Below are positions 27,365 through 40,533 of a stretch of DNA of 64,000 nucleotides, one piece after another (the stretch's first letter is position 1; each line of letters begins with the position of its first letter). A program made the position numbers and the translations under genes. The notes under the pieces were generated by a model. That model searched no databases. It was not told where the DNA came from and was given only the letters and a program-made list of their open reading frames with translations. This stretch comes from Octopus bimaculoides (taxonomy: Eukaryota), in the NCBI RefSeq assembly GCF_001194135.2, contig NC_068984.1, positions 124,108,595-124,172,594 of the forward strand. Reading direction: 5' to 3'.

Positions 27365-27624
27365 CACACACACACACACACGCACGCACGCACGCACGCA
27401 CGCACTAACAGAGAAATGCACGAACACACCAAGTCATAGACGGAGACATCGGTGCATAAAGATAAACTAAGACATGCACAAGCAACACATTAAGAAACAC
27501 ACACACAAGTACATATACTCAGATATAACCCATAAGCTGATAACGTATAGCAAAACACACAGATGCTCATACACGCTCATACGCTCAAACAACACTTACG
27601 CACACACAAACATGCACACACACA

Positions 27625-27701
<77 letters not shown>

Positions 27702-27792
27702 ATTTATTTGAATACTCACACATGTAAATAAGGATACAACAGTCTTAGAGGGAGATTTTATACAGTAATTACTTGGGTAATCTTTGCTCACT

Positions 27793-28174
27793 GTCGTGGC
27801 AATCCGTCGGTTTCGACGACGAGGGTTCCAGTAGATCCGATCAACGGAACAGCCTGCTCATGAAATTAACGTGTAAGTGGCTGAGCGCTCCACAAACACG
27901 TGTTCCCTTAACGTAGTTTTCGGGGAGATCCAACATGACACAGAGTGTGACAAGGCTGGCCTTTGAATTACAGTTACAACAGAAACAGGAAGATAGAGTG
28001 AGAGAAAGTTGTGGTGAAAGAGTACAGCAGAGTTCGCCACCATCACCTGCCGGAGCCTCGTGGAGCTTTAGGTGTTTTCGCTCAATAAACACTCACAACA
28101 CTCGGTCTTGGAATCGAAACCGCGATCCTACGACCGCGAATCCGCTGCTCTCACCACTGGGCTATTGCACCTCC
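27793..28174 (-). mobile_element. SINE family C head joined to a different (Nin/Deu-like) 3' half
   Basis: Shares ~200 bp of 5' sequence with 26061-26346, then diverges into GGCCAGCCTTGTCACACTCTGTGTCA..CTCAGCCACTTACACGTTAATTTCATGAGCAGGCTGTTCCGTTGATCGG. Confidence 0.7.
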
Positions 28175-29113
28175 ACCTAGCTCACTATGTTACATATGTG
28201 ATACACCTTATTTCTCTTTAGTAAGCAAAAAGTCCGTCTGCAGTATTATTTCTCAACCATATTGTTTATACATATCATCAATGTCATGTATACTCTCTAT
28301 ATGTCTATTGACATAATGATCAATCTTAGAAATTAATGTATTAATAATATAATATTCTTCACTGAGCATGTCAAATAAAATCGAAACATGGCAGTTGTTT
28401 TCACCAGTGGGATTTAATGACAGTATCCACTGAAATTCATATTAGTTTTGTTTTCCAAAGCTTTCGATCGACTCATCTTATTGAGTTTATCTCTGTCTGT
28501 CTCTACTTTTCGAATTTAAACACACCTTTGAGGGAATATGTGTTGACTAGTTGCATGGATGATCTCAGCTTATGAAAAGTTTTCAACTCATTGTATTACA
28601 TATGTGAGATTCTAATGTTTTTGTAGACACGCGTGGACAATTCCGATATTAGTAATGAAGGAGCTGTAAAGTACCAGTAGAACCAAAAGTAGTAGTAGCA
28701 GCAGCAGCAACAGCAGTAGTAGTAGTAGTAGTAATAGGGAACAATGCTAGAGAACGGCTATTGAACTATGAACATGTGTAAGTCTGCATTTACAAGAATG
28801 AAAAATAGGAAAGCGAAATAAAAAGGAAATGCGAGAAAAAAAGCACAAGGGAAAATAAAAATGGAGAGAAAGGAGAAGAAAAAGAAAGAGAAAGAAAGAG
28901 AGAGCGAGGAAAAGAGAAAGAGACAGAGAGAATAGAGTAGAAGTGAGAAAGAGGCCGGGAGAAACAGATAAAGAGGCAGACAAACAGAGGAAGAGACACA
29001 GAGAGAGTAGGGGGAGAAAGACAGAGATAGATAGACGTTTGATGTTGTTGCTTGTTCCAGTCATTAGACTGCGGCCATGCTGAGGTAGAGAGGGTGAGAG
29101 AGAGAGAAGGGGA

Positions 29114-29150
<37 letters not shown>

Positions 29151-29195
29151 AGGGACTGACAGAGAGAGAGAGAAAGAGAGAGCGAAAGGGAGTGT

Positions 29196-29237
<42 letters not shown>

Positions 29238-29599
29238 CAGAAGGAATATGAAAGTTCTTTTAATCTGAAGTGAAAAGAGGAGCCGGAAGTACAGCTGTGG
29301 ACGAAAATAACTGGACCTATATGTCCAGCATATAGGGGAAGCTGCGAAGTTAAACATTGACATAACTGAATACATACTTAGTGAGAAATATATAGCAGGG
29401 GTTGTGGTGGCGATGGTGCAGGTGGTGGATGGCAGGTCTATTGTAGGGGTAGGTTAGGGTCAGGGTTCCCTATCTCGAGACCGGAAATATGACCTGCAAT
29501 GCCAGAATAAATCTAGCAGAGGAGAAAGTAAAAACAAGATTTTGATTGATTCTAGCAAACCATAACTATGACAACAATGTCAGCGACAGTAATAGCAGA

Positions 29600-29647
<48 letters not shown>

Positions 29648-29894
29648 GAGTGAGAGAGCAGTGCATGCCGTCAAAGTGACATTGGGGTAAAATATACGAA
29701 GCCCAGTATACCCATCATGACTACCCGTCTGATAAGGGTACACCAGGCACATGCATCACAACCATATGTGCGCGACCTGGTGATCTCATATCAATATAAA
29801 CAGCGCATGACCTCGCAGGTGGGACCCAGTTAGAATTTTCTTCAGGTTGAGTAGCCCATCACGCTCAAAAGGTCCCTGCATTATTATTATTATT

Positions 29895-30112
29895 CTTGTT
29901 CAGTAGTTTTATTTTTATAACGTGCTTTCACTTCACTACCGAGCGCAGCTCTGTGCGCCTTGGGTATGTGCTGTGGTTTGCTGTGGTGCTCTTATGTTTA
30001 CTGTATTGAAAGTGTTTTGCGTAGAATGTGTGCAGTACCCAGTAGTGCAATTTTCTGTATGTTATATATATTTGTAAGTCCTGGTGTTTTTGTTATTTAT
30101 TTGTCTGAATAT
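29895..30112 (-). mobile_element. R4/Dong-type 3' end, second subfamily, flanked by (AAT)n
   Basis: Minus strand encodes KTPGLTNIYNIQKIALLGTAHILRKTLSIQ* (stop at 29998-30000). Its 3' UTR differs from the 12 kb copy. (TTA)n lies on both flanks. Confidence 0.75.
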
Positions 30113-30122
30113 TTAAAAAAAA

Positions 30123-30167
<45 letters not shown>

Positions 30168-31009
30168 TCAAATGACTGAAACAAGTAAAAGAATAAAAGA
30201 ATAGTGTCCTCCCAATCAGGACGGCACTGGAGTTAAGCAGAAACATCAACAGCTTAAGCAACAACAGTAACTGCAACTACTACTACTATTACTACTACTA
30301 CTACTACTAATGACAATGAGGACAGAAAATACATTTTATCATATTTTTTTTGCATGGAAGGATGCGAGTAGCTGGATTTATGATGATTAGCGCATATAGC
30401 TTTTATATTTAAATATATCCACAGCCGTGTTTTGGTGGCCGATGCGATAGAGTTGAAAACAAAAAGCTTTGTAGCAATTAACATGTTGTTTTCGACGTTC
30501 GGTGTTCGAATCTCGTTCCATTTTCCTAGGTTTTAATTTCATCCGCGAGTAGAATGAAATTATTGCTAGTCGTGTAGTGGCGTCAATTCGATCAATTATA
30601 TCTCACCTTCAGTTATGTGTGCCCTTGCATTTAATGCTGGAAATCGATATACATGATAGGGGAGAAAGAAAGAGAGCATGTAACTTTGTCTGTGTGAATA
30701 TTTGAATTAGCACTTTAGTGCATTTTTAGCGAAGGCTGAAAGTTCAACATTAGCCATTTATAGCTTCTAAACCATTGAATAACTATTTACCGTTGTCGAA
30801 TACTAATTAATTGCTAAAATGCCGCAACACATCATGAATTAAATATTACCATATATCGTTCTCAGTGAAAGCAAATCTTCAGTTTCATAAGGATTGTGGT
30901 GGTGAGATTAGGCATCTGTGATTCTGAAGCATATATTAGTGGCATAAACTAAAAACAGAAGACAATATATGTTAAATTGTTATAATATTTATAATTTATG
31001 TACAGCTAT

Positions 31010-32460
31010 AAGGCGGCGAGCTGGCAGAAACGTTAGCATGTCGGGCGAAATGCTTAGCGGTATTTCGTTCGTCTTTACGTTGTGTTCAAATTTTCCTTTC
31101 ATCCTTTCGGGGTCGATAAATTAAGTACCAGTTGCGTATTGAGGTCGATGTAATCGACTGGCGCTCCTGCCCCCAAAATTTCGAACTTTGTGCCAAGAGT
31201 AGAAAAGAATCGTCATCACTCTGGACAAAATACTTAGCAGCATTTCGTCTGTTCTGGGTTCAAATTCTGCCGAGGTCGACTTTGCNNNNNNNNNNNNNNN
31301 NNNNNNNNNNNNNNNNNNNNNNNNNNNNNNNNNNNNNNNNNNNNNNNNNNNNNNNNNNNNNNNNNNNNNNNNNNNNNNNNNNNNNNNNNNNNNNNNNNNN
31401 NNNNNNNNNNNNNNNNNNNNNNNNNNNNNNNNNNNNNNNNNNNNNNNNNNNNNNNNNNNNNNNNNNNNNNNNNNNNNNNNNNNNNNNNNNNNNNNNNNNN
31501 NNNNNNNNNNNNNNNNNNNNNNNNNNNNNNNNNNNNNNNNNNNNNNNNNNNNNNNNNNNNNNNNNNNNNNNNNNNNNNNNNNNNNNNNNNNNNNNNNNNN
31601 NNNNNNNNNNNNNNNNNNNNNNNNNNNNNNNNNNNNNNNNNNNNNNNNNNNNNNNNNNNNNNNNAAAGGCAAAGCCGACCTTGGCAGAATTTGAACTCAA
31701 ATCGTAGACACGAACGAGATGCTGCTAAGCATTTTGTCCGGTGTGCTAACGATTCTGCCACCTCACCGCCTTAATAATGGTTTCAAATTTTGGCACAAAT
31801 CCTGTAATTTTAAGGGGAGAGGTTAGTTTATTACATCGACCCCAGTTATCAGCTGGTACGCATTTTATCGTTCCTAAACGAATCAAAGGTAATGTTGACC
31901 TCAGTGGAATTTGGACAACCGAGAAGATAATGACGGACAAAATGCATCGAAGTATTTTATCCGGCGTGGTAACGATTCTCTCAAATCACCGATTGTAAAT
32001 TAATAATTCTCCCTTATATAAAGCACAAGGCCTGAAATCTGTGAGGAGAGGACTAGTCAATTACATCGGCCTCTAAAGGTTGAAAGGCGATCTCGGTGGC
32101 ATTTAAACTCAGAACGTAAAGACGAACGAAATGTCGCTAAGCGTTTTGTCCGGCGTGCTGACGAAAATACCAGTTCGCCGCCTTTAGTTGAAAATCAATA
32201 ATACAATGATATTTGTTTCATGAAACCATGTTAGGTTCTATATGAAACTTCTCTTGAGACAATTATTCTGTTTCAATATTCTTTTCTACTCTAGGCACAA
32301 GACCTGAAATTTGGTGGGAGAGGGCCAGTCGATTAGATCGACCCCAGTACGTAACTGGTACTTAGTTTACCGACCCCGAAATGATGAAAAGCAAAGGCAA
32401 AAAAATACCACTAAGTATTTCGCCCGGCGTGCTAACGTTTCTGTCAGCTCGTCGCCTTTA
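31010..32460. mobile_element. Cluster of SINE family A copies in both orientations, spanning a gap
   Basis: Plus copy 31010-31285; minus copies at about 31665-31775, 31780-31990, 32010-32185 and 32283-32460. Confidence 0.8.
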
Positions 32461-33421
32461 TTCTGTTTCAATCTTACCTGCTGTTCTTCACCAATTTAAA
32501 AGCAATTGTTGAGGAATTCAATTCAGTTTACAGTTGAAACAATCCGAACACTAGCTTAAAGTAAAGAGAGTGTGGGCAGTTGAAGACATAGTAGGTCGAA
32601 ACATTCCACTGACCGAGGTTTTCCAACACAAAAGCAATCTGTCTGTGGATAGAAATATACTCTCTGTAACATTAATAGCTTCACTGTTTCTGAATTCTGA
32701 ATTTGGTGTTGGGTTGCTGATCGCTTCCTCAGGTGAATCTTAACCAAACCAAGTAAAACTAGATTGTACACCAAAATCGACATAACATACCCTAACTTCC
32801 ATTTTGCACCCCGAACAACAAATCTTTACTTTGCTGTGTTTGCAACATGCTCCCAGATTAGATATAACCACAAAAATTGATCCCATATCGCATGGGCTAC
32901 TCAAGTGCACAAGGCATCAAATTTAGGGATTATGTAAAGCTGACTTCAGTACTTGATTAGTATTTGATTTATCGAGCCGCAAGAAAGAAGTAGCTGATAT
33001 GCCCCACGGGATGTGAGTCCCTCGCGTTAGTCGTAGAGTGTTTCAGGTATTAACAGCGGTACGGGCTCTATCACCTACGTCTCTGTGGTTAGAGTGAAGT
33101 AACGGTTATGGATGATACCACAGTGGCCAGTTATCACATTTATTCGGCTATCTGCGTTGTTGTTCTAATGTAACAACATTCTCCTTGTTGAACACACCCA
33201 TGAATGAACTATATTCAGATTAGAGTCTTTCAAAAGCCGTGGAATGGTGTGACTGTCTAAATATAAATCATCTTCACGTGTAATGATGTCATGAAGTCGA
33301 TTCCTAATAGAATTGTTGGCACAACGTCGTGACATACGACATGTCTTGGACACATTTTAAACCTGACGGGGCCAGTAACATTCCAGGTCCGACCACAGTC
33401 GATTATTTTCAGAGAGGGAGA

Positions 33422-33474
<53 letters not shown>

Positions 33475-34230
33475 GGGAGTGGACAGAGATAGACAGACAA
33501 GAAGACAGAGAGAGAAGTAGAAAATAATCGACTCTGGTGTAGGTCTAGTAAATTATTTAACAACTTCTAAAGGCTTACCACAGAGCAATGTACCCGACGC
33601 TCTAATGTATCTGCCAATTGTGCTTTTCATACAAATGAATAGAGATATGAACTAACTCTGCATACATCAGACTGTCTCCTGTTGAAATGCTCAATCCAGA
33701 GTTGAACCCGACAGCAAAATTTGTGAAGCACAGTGAGATGAAGTGTGTTTATACAACAGTGGGTGCCGTGTTTAAATGAGATTCTGGTGTCCATGTGACA
33801 ATAAGATTTAAATTGCATTCGAGTTGGTCCAGCAACTGATAACCAATCAAATCACGTAACGTCCTTCGCAGTCGTGTTTACTCACACTGATCTTTTCCCA
33901 CAAACAGCAACTCCAATGTTGTATCGTCGCCGTTAATGATAAATATTTGGTCATTTGACGGTCGTTTACCATCTACCACACACACCACCCATACATACTA
34001 CATACATGAACGCAGACGGTGGTGCACACACAGACACACACACACACACACACACACATGAACGGAACCCCCACCCCCACGATTCCAAACACACGCATGC
34101 ACACACATGTATACAATTTTATTCACATTTTTATAGTCTTTAGGTATGTATGTATGTATGTATATATGTGTGTGTATGTATGTATGCATATATGTATGTA
34201 TGTATGTATGTAAGTATGCATGGATGTATG

Positions 34231-34273
<43 letters not shown>

Positions 34274-34363
34274 ACGTACGTACCCTCAGCATGGCCACAG
34301 CCTTAGCGATGAGACGTATAAAAGAATATATGTATATACATATATGTACACATACATACGTAC

Positions 34364-34424
<61 letters not shown>

Positions 34425-35578
34425 CAAATGCATATATATGCATACACGAAGACACATATTTATGTATACATCATACATATATATACGCACATACACACTC
34501 ACGGACACCTGTGCATATGTACACGTATCCATGCAAACATACCTTAACTCACACATACACCTGACTTTATTTTAAATTAACAATCAATGAGATTTTCTAC
34601 TTTCTCCTCGTCTATTCTCACACACCAAATAAAGAAATATTCACTGCAGATACGATGAAGGTAAACAAAAAGAAACAAACTATTATCTGTCTGTCTGTCA
34701 CTCTTAGAATCCTCCTAGCACTTACCTATTTTTGTGATTGTCCTTTTGTCATTTTTGCTGTGTTCGTTTCTGTGGAGGCGGTGCAGGGGCAAACGCTGGT
34801 GATAGTGGTGTTCTTGTTTGTTAGGGTTACAATAAAGATTGGATCTAAGCTAGCACAATGCTAACGTTGCTAATTTTAAGTCATTGATTTTCAAATCTTC
34901 CCCTTTCCATTATTCAATTATTTATTTTTCTCTCAATAGGGACAGTAAAAGAAAGTAAGTAGATCTTTACATCGCTTTCCCTAACGTTTAGTCTACTTCC
35001 TTGGAGAAGCGATCCCTATTTTTCGTATTACCCCTTCCTCTCTTTATCTCTATGTCCCTCTATGTTGTATGCTCCCGTGTTTGTGTGTCTATGTAGCTTT
35101 CTGCTCAATTGTCTTTTCCTTTATTGTTCTCTCGCTATGTGACCTGTCTGTCAGTCCTGTCATCATTGTAAAATATTTCCTGGTTCACTCACGGTTAAAC
35201 ACCGACAGAGGACAGGTAATTAATTCACACCTGGTCAATGAGATTAACTAAAGATCTTCAAAAAAAAAAATATATATATACATATATATATTCTCTATCA
35301 TAACGGGTAGCGTACCACAGAAAAATTGAACTAAATCAAAACAACCCAACGGTACAGTAATAACCTTAATTATAATTTTTTTCTTTTTTATCTTTTACTT
35401 GCTTTAAATATTGGACTGTAGCCATACTACAGCCTTCAAGGGTTTAATCACACAACTCGACTCCGGTATAAGTTTTTTTTTCTATTGGTCTTTTTTACCA
35501 AACCACAAGATGAAGGGATGTAAACAAACCAACATTGGTTGCTAAACGGTGGTGGGGAGAGTAAACACAAAGGCACGC

Positions 35579-35624
<46 letters not shown>

Positions 35625-35815
35625 ATATATACGATGGGCCTCCACTCAGTTGCTGTCAACTAATTTCACTTCCAAGGCACCGGTCGGTTCGGAGTAATAA
35701 GAGGCGAAACTTGATCAAGGTCCGTGCTGTGGGACTGAACCCGGATATCATGTGGTTGTAAAGCGAGCTTGTTGACCACACAGCCATGTCTGCAACAAGT
35801 AAAACACTTATATAG

Positions 35816-35857
<42 letters not shown>

Positions 35858-36129
35858 TGAGTGAAATTCATAATGCATTTTCGACTTCTACTTCAAGTCG
35901 TACATATCTAGGTGCAGTCATGATTGTGTGGTTATAAAGCTTCTTTTCACAGTTTGTTTCTGAGAGCGTTTCCACTCCACGGTACCTTGAAAAAGCGCCT
36001 TCAAAAATAGCCCGTGCTTTACCAAAGACGTCATATGATTCGGCTGCAATTTCAAAGCAGGAGCAAGGTCCCTTAATGCAGAAGTAACAGAAAAGGAAGT
36101 TTCCTAGACTCAGAGCATTCACAATAGCC

Positions 36130-36470
36130 GGAACTTTGCCAACTCTCCCAGTTTAGCAGTTATGCCCAGGTTTCGCAGCTTATGACGCATCAGGCCATGA
36201 TCCACGCTTTTGCGAAGTCAAGATATATTACGTTGACATCTGAATGGTTAAGCAGCTGCTTCAAAACCCAGTGATAGCGTCCTTAGAGCTGTTTGAGGCA
36301 GGTGCTTCCTAGACGGAAGCCATGCTTTGGATCGTTCAAGAAGTCATTTTCTTCTACTACGTAGGTTATCAGTTTTATTCTGACAATTCGTTCCATGACT
36401 TTAGTGATATGTAAAGTCAGAGAAATTGAGAAGTAGTTTTTAGCATCTTCACTGCTCCTACCTTTATGGA
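36130..36470 (-). mobile_element. CR1/L2/Jockey-group LINE reverse-transcriptase fragment (pseudogene)
   Basis: Minus-strand translation KNYFSISLTLHITKVMERIVR..NDFLNDPKHGFRLGSTCLKQL*..SDVNVIYLDFAKA/VDHGLMRHKLRNLGITAKLGE contains RT motifs 1-3 with a stop and a frameshift. Confidence 0.85.
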
Positions 36471-37799
36471 CAGGCGTGAAACAACTTCTTTATTTTTTTT
36501 TTTAGGTAGTTTACCAATTCAAAGGAAATATAAACATAAGTGTGTATGTATGTGCGTATGTGTATATGTATGTATGTGTGTATGTGTGCATGTGTATGTA
36601 TGTATGCGTACTTTTACTTGATTATCATGTCTTAGCATTCTCCATTTAATATGTTAACACCCATTTTCTATACAGTACATCTAGTTATTGTTTCTGTTGT
36701 TTAGCCTTAGAGTAATTCTGAACCAATAGATCAATGATCAAGTGCTTTACAGCTGAGCCCCTCTATAATATGTTGCCGTTGATTCCATCAACTATATATT
36801 TGCTTTACATTAAGTGACCTTGTACTAATATAAGAAATCAATGTTTTTCTTTCCTTTCCGTATTCGCCAAGGAAATAAAGAAAACAGACGCTTGATAAGA
36901 TGTTTCTGCATTACGGCTTCAATCCCTGCTGTCATTAATGGTTTCAAATTTTGGTACAAGGCCGCCAATGTTGGGGAAGGTGGGTGCGGAAGTTAATTGC
37001 ATCGACCCTGTGACCGACTGGTGTTTATTTTATCCTTTCCGGATAAAAGGAAAAATCGACCACACCGGAATTTGAACTCAGGCAACCCAACCAGAAATGA
37101 GTAAATGAGTACTCTCCCCTTTCTCTTTCTTTCAAAACCTCGATGTTCCGCTAGGTCAATGATGGGAAAGCAAACAGTGTGTTCTAAGGAGAAAGAAGAT
37201 ATCATCTGCTCGCCGCTTTATAGCGAAAGCGTGATGAATGGTATCAAATCATGCTTGCTTGCGAGTGACATCTATAGTCACTAAAAGTAATACAGAGAGG
37301 AAATGAGAGAACAGAGAGATCGAGAGAAAGAAAGAGCAGAGAGACAGAGAAGAGTGAGTGAGTGAGAGTTGAGCAAGTAAAGGAGAGAGAATCGCGCCTG
37401 TGCTTGCACAAACGAATACACATACAGATCAAAATCATATGCTCGACTAATTTTGTATTGATAGAAGCGAGAGCATCTCATATTAATGTTGGCGCAGTGA
37501 AATTGCGTCATGTTTGTTTTCTATTGTTGCTTTATGTTTATGTCCAAATTCATTTCCCGTTGCTAAAACATTCCCATCGCATGTCCATCATAACAAAAAT
37601 ATACAATAGTCCCCAGAGACACATAAATATAAAGCATTTAAGTATATAACCAGGACAAGCATCATACATAATAAAACCAGCAATGCATACAGTACGCATG
37701 CATGGTGTATGATGGATCTTCTGTCAGCTTTTGCAAATAGCGTTTCAGTTGTTCACTGAACAGAAATATGTATACATTGTATTATAGTGTTAGCGTTAA

Positions 37800-38876
37800 G
37801 GCGGTGTGCTGGCAGAATCGTTAGCACACCGGCATTTCGTCCGTCTTCACGTTCTGAGTTCAAATTTCACCAAGTTCGACTTTGCCTTTCATCCTTTCGA
37901 GGTCGATAAAATAATGGCCAATCAAACATTGTGGTCATCGATTAGCAATCGTCTAGTCCCCTACTCCAAAATTTCAGGCTTGTGCCTATAGTAGAAAGGA
38001 TCATGATTAAAGCAACGAATATTTAGCACGCTGGACAAAATTCTCTGTGGTATTTATTCCGGCTTTACAACCTGAGTTCAAATTCCGCCGAGTCGACTTT
38101 GCCTTTCATCCTTTCGGGGTCGATAAAATAAATACTAGTTGAGCAGTGAAGTCGACTTACCCCTCTGCCACAATTGCTGGCCTTGTGTCAACTTTTGAAA
38201 CCATTATAGTGTTAGCGTTAAGGAGTGAGCTGGCAGAATCGTTAGCAAGACGGACAAAATGCTTATCGACATTTCGTCCGTCTTTATGTTCTGACCTCAA
38301 ATTGTTATATATAAAAAGAACATAACATAATCATAGTTCCAAATTTTGGCATAAATCTACTAACTTCATGGGAAGTGTGTAGTCAGTTACAACGCCCCAC
38401 AGCACAACTGATACTTACTTTATCGGTCTCAAAAGTATGAAAGGCAAAGTCGATCTCGGGAGAATTTCAACAACCAGAAGAAATGCCGCTTACATTTTGT
38501 CTGATGCGTTTTCGATTCCGCCAAAAGAAAGCAGGAAATAAAATAAAGAAAGAAGAAATTCATAATGGAAATCAAAAGTAAGGTTACGAAATGCGGACAC
38601 CAAAAGTATTGTAACCTCGACCGGTCGATAATATGGAACAATCGAAAGCAAATATTTAGATACAAGTGCTGTGTTATACAAATCCTTCACGTTGGAGATA
38701 ATTGTACGTCACTGTATAAAATACAAGAACGCGGAGCATAAAATTAATAGAAAATTGATATTAATATTTGTATCTTTCTATTCCCTCATGTATCCTAAGT
38801 GCTTTTTCTTACATATTTATAAGATTATATTATATGCATTCACTATCTATTGATCAAGCTGTGTATTTCTACAACA

Positions 38877-38918
<42 letters not shown>

Positions 38919-39880
38919 GAAATCACTCGTCGAAGATGACGTATAAATGTTCAGTTTTTTTCATTTCATTTTATGGGGGTGAACAAATGATTTGTTTATA
39001 CTGATCAAATGTATGTACTGTAGATTAACCCACTCCCACCATCAGTTAGACGATGCCTGAACAAACGCAGCACGGTGTACCACACATCAGGTGTCGAAGT
39101 GATCACAGAGAAACATGAGATTGTTTTGCTCAAGAACACCACGCACCACTTGGTCTAGGAATTGAAACTACGATGCAACAGTCGGGCTGAGCCTGAAACC
39201 ATGTGGTCAAGAAGCAAATTTCTTCCCGTACAGTTGTACTTGTGACTATAATAGGTTAAAGTTTTCAAACTCATTTCATGCATCATATCAAATTGTTTTA
39301 CGGTAATTATCTTCATTCGTTGTTCAGTTATTCAACTATTCGATTACCTGCGTTTTCATATTTAAACTGATAATCTAATTAAGAAAGTCATAAACAGTTA
39401 ATTCTTTAGAATGTGATTCAAGCAAAACACGAATATTTGTTTCGGTTGTTCTTTTCTACTCTAGACACAAGGCCCGAAATTCTGGGAGAAAGAGCCAGTC
39501 GATTAGATCGACCACAGTACACAACTGGTACTTAATTTATCGACCCGAGAAGATGAAAGGCAAAGTCGACCTCGGCGGAGTTTGAACTTAGAACGTAAAG
39601 ACAGACGAAATATCGCTAAGCATTTCGCCCGGCGTGCTAACGTTTCTTATTTCTTTATTGCCCACAAGGGGCTAAACATAGAGGGGACAAACAAGGACAG
39701 ACAGAGGGATTAAGTCGATTACATCGACCCCAGTGCACAACTGGTACTTAATTTATCGACCCCAAAAGGATAAAAGACAAAGTCGACCTCGGCAGAATTT
39801 GAACTCAGAACATAGCAGCAGACGAAATACCGCGAGGCATTTCGCCCGGCGTCCTAACGTTTCTTCCAGCCCGCCGTCTT
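37800..39880. mobile_element. SINE family A cluster upstream of the LRR exon
   Basis: Plus copies 37800-38290; minus copy at about 38340-38530; two tandem minus copies 39452-39880. Confidence 0.8.
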
Positions 39881-40026
39881 ACTACTTGCTTCGGTTGTTC
39901 ATCGATAACATGTCTCTCTTCTAACTTTAGCTATTTCTTCAATAACTTCAATCGTTTTCTAATTTATGGTGAAGGTCAGTGCATTCGTTAACATGTTTGT
40001 GACCACACAACCATGCTTGCACGTAT

Positions 40027-40270
40027 TACGTGCAAGCATGGTTGTGTGGTCAAGATGTTTACTTTGCAACCGCATGGTTTCGAGTTCTATCCCGCTATGC
40101 AGTACATTGGGCAAGTGTATTCTATTATAGTGTCGGGCCGACCAATTCTCTGTGAATTTATTTGGTAAGCGGAAAAGTGGAAACCCATAGTGTATACACA
40201 CACACACACACACATATATGTGTGTGTGTGTGTGTGTGTGTATACCACCACTGCTTAACAATCGGTAGAA
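40027..40270 (+). mobile_element. SINE family B (tRNA head, CORE-like TTGGGCAAGTG.CTTCT motif, internal microsatellite)
   Basis: GCAAGCATGGTTGTGTGGTCAAG..GGTTTCGAGTTC..TTGGGCAAGTGTATTCT..GGGCCGACCAA. Other copies lie at about 3605-3740(+), 4720-4870(-), 8040-8375(+), 10345-10990 (both strands), 19620-19760(-) and 35385-35790(-). Confidence 0.75.
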
Positions 40271-40273
40271 GGG

Positions 40274-40338
<65 letters not shown>

Positions 40339-40496
40339 CATTATTATTATTATTATAAAGGAAATGAAATAGAACCAGTGTATGTGTTAATCATTGGCGT
40401 AATGGCTTCCTAAGTTACAACAAAAAGTTTTATTCATATAAAATCACAAAACTACTGTAACAAAACCAATTTTTTGTTCGCCTATTTATACCTCAA

Positions 40497-40524
40497 CTAA
40501 CTTTTATTTTGTTTTCTTTTACAG
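40497..40524 (+). promoter_or_regulatory. Branch point, polypyrimidine tract and 3' splice acceptor immediately upstream of the LRR start codon
   Basis: CTAAC (40497-40501), then ttttattttgttttctttt, then ACAG (AG at 40523-40524). ATG follows 10 nt later, implying an upstream non-coding exon. Confidence 0.75.
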
Positions 40525-40533
40525 AGTACTACA

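Noticed and set aside
33200-33390. VVPTILLGIDF on the minus strand, resembling a retroviral-type protease motif
   Set aside because: A single short motif with no DTG/DSG catalytic site, LTRs or adjacent RT; too weak to call.
24214-35197. Shared 12-mer TCACTCACGGTT in two non-repeat islands (about 24214 and 35186)
   Set aside because: Many chance 12-mer matches are expected between positions in a 64-kb window, so this is not significant.
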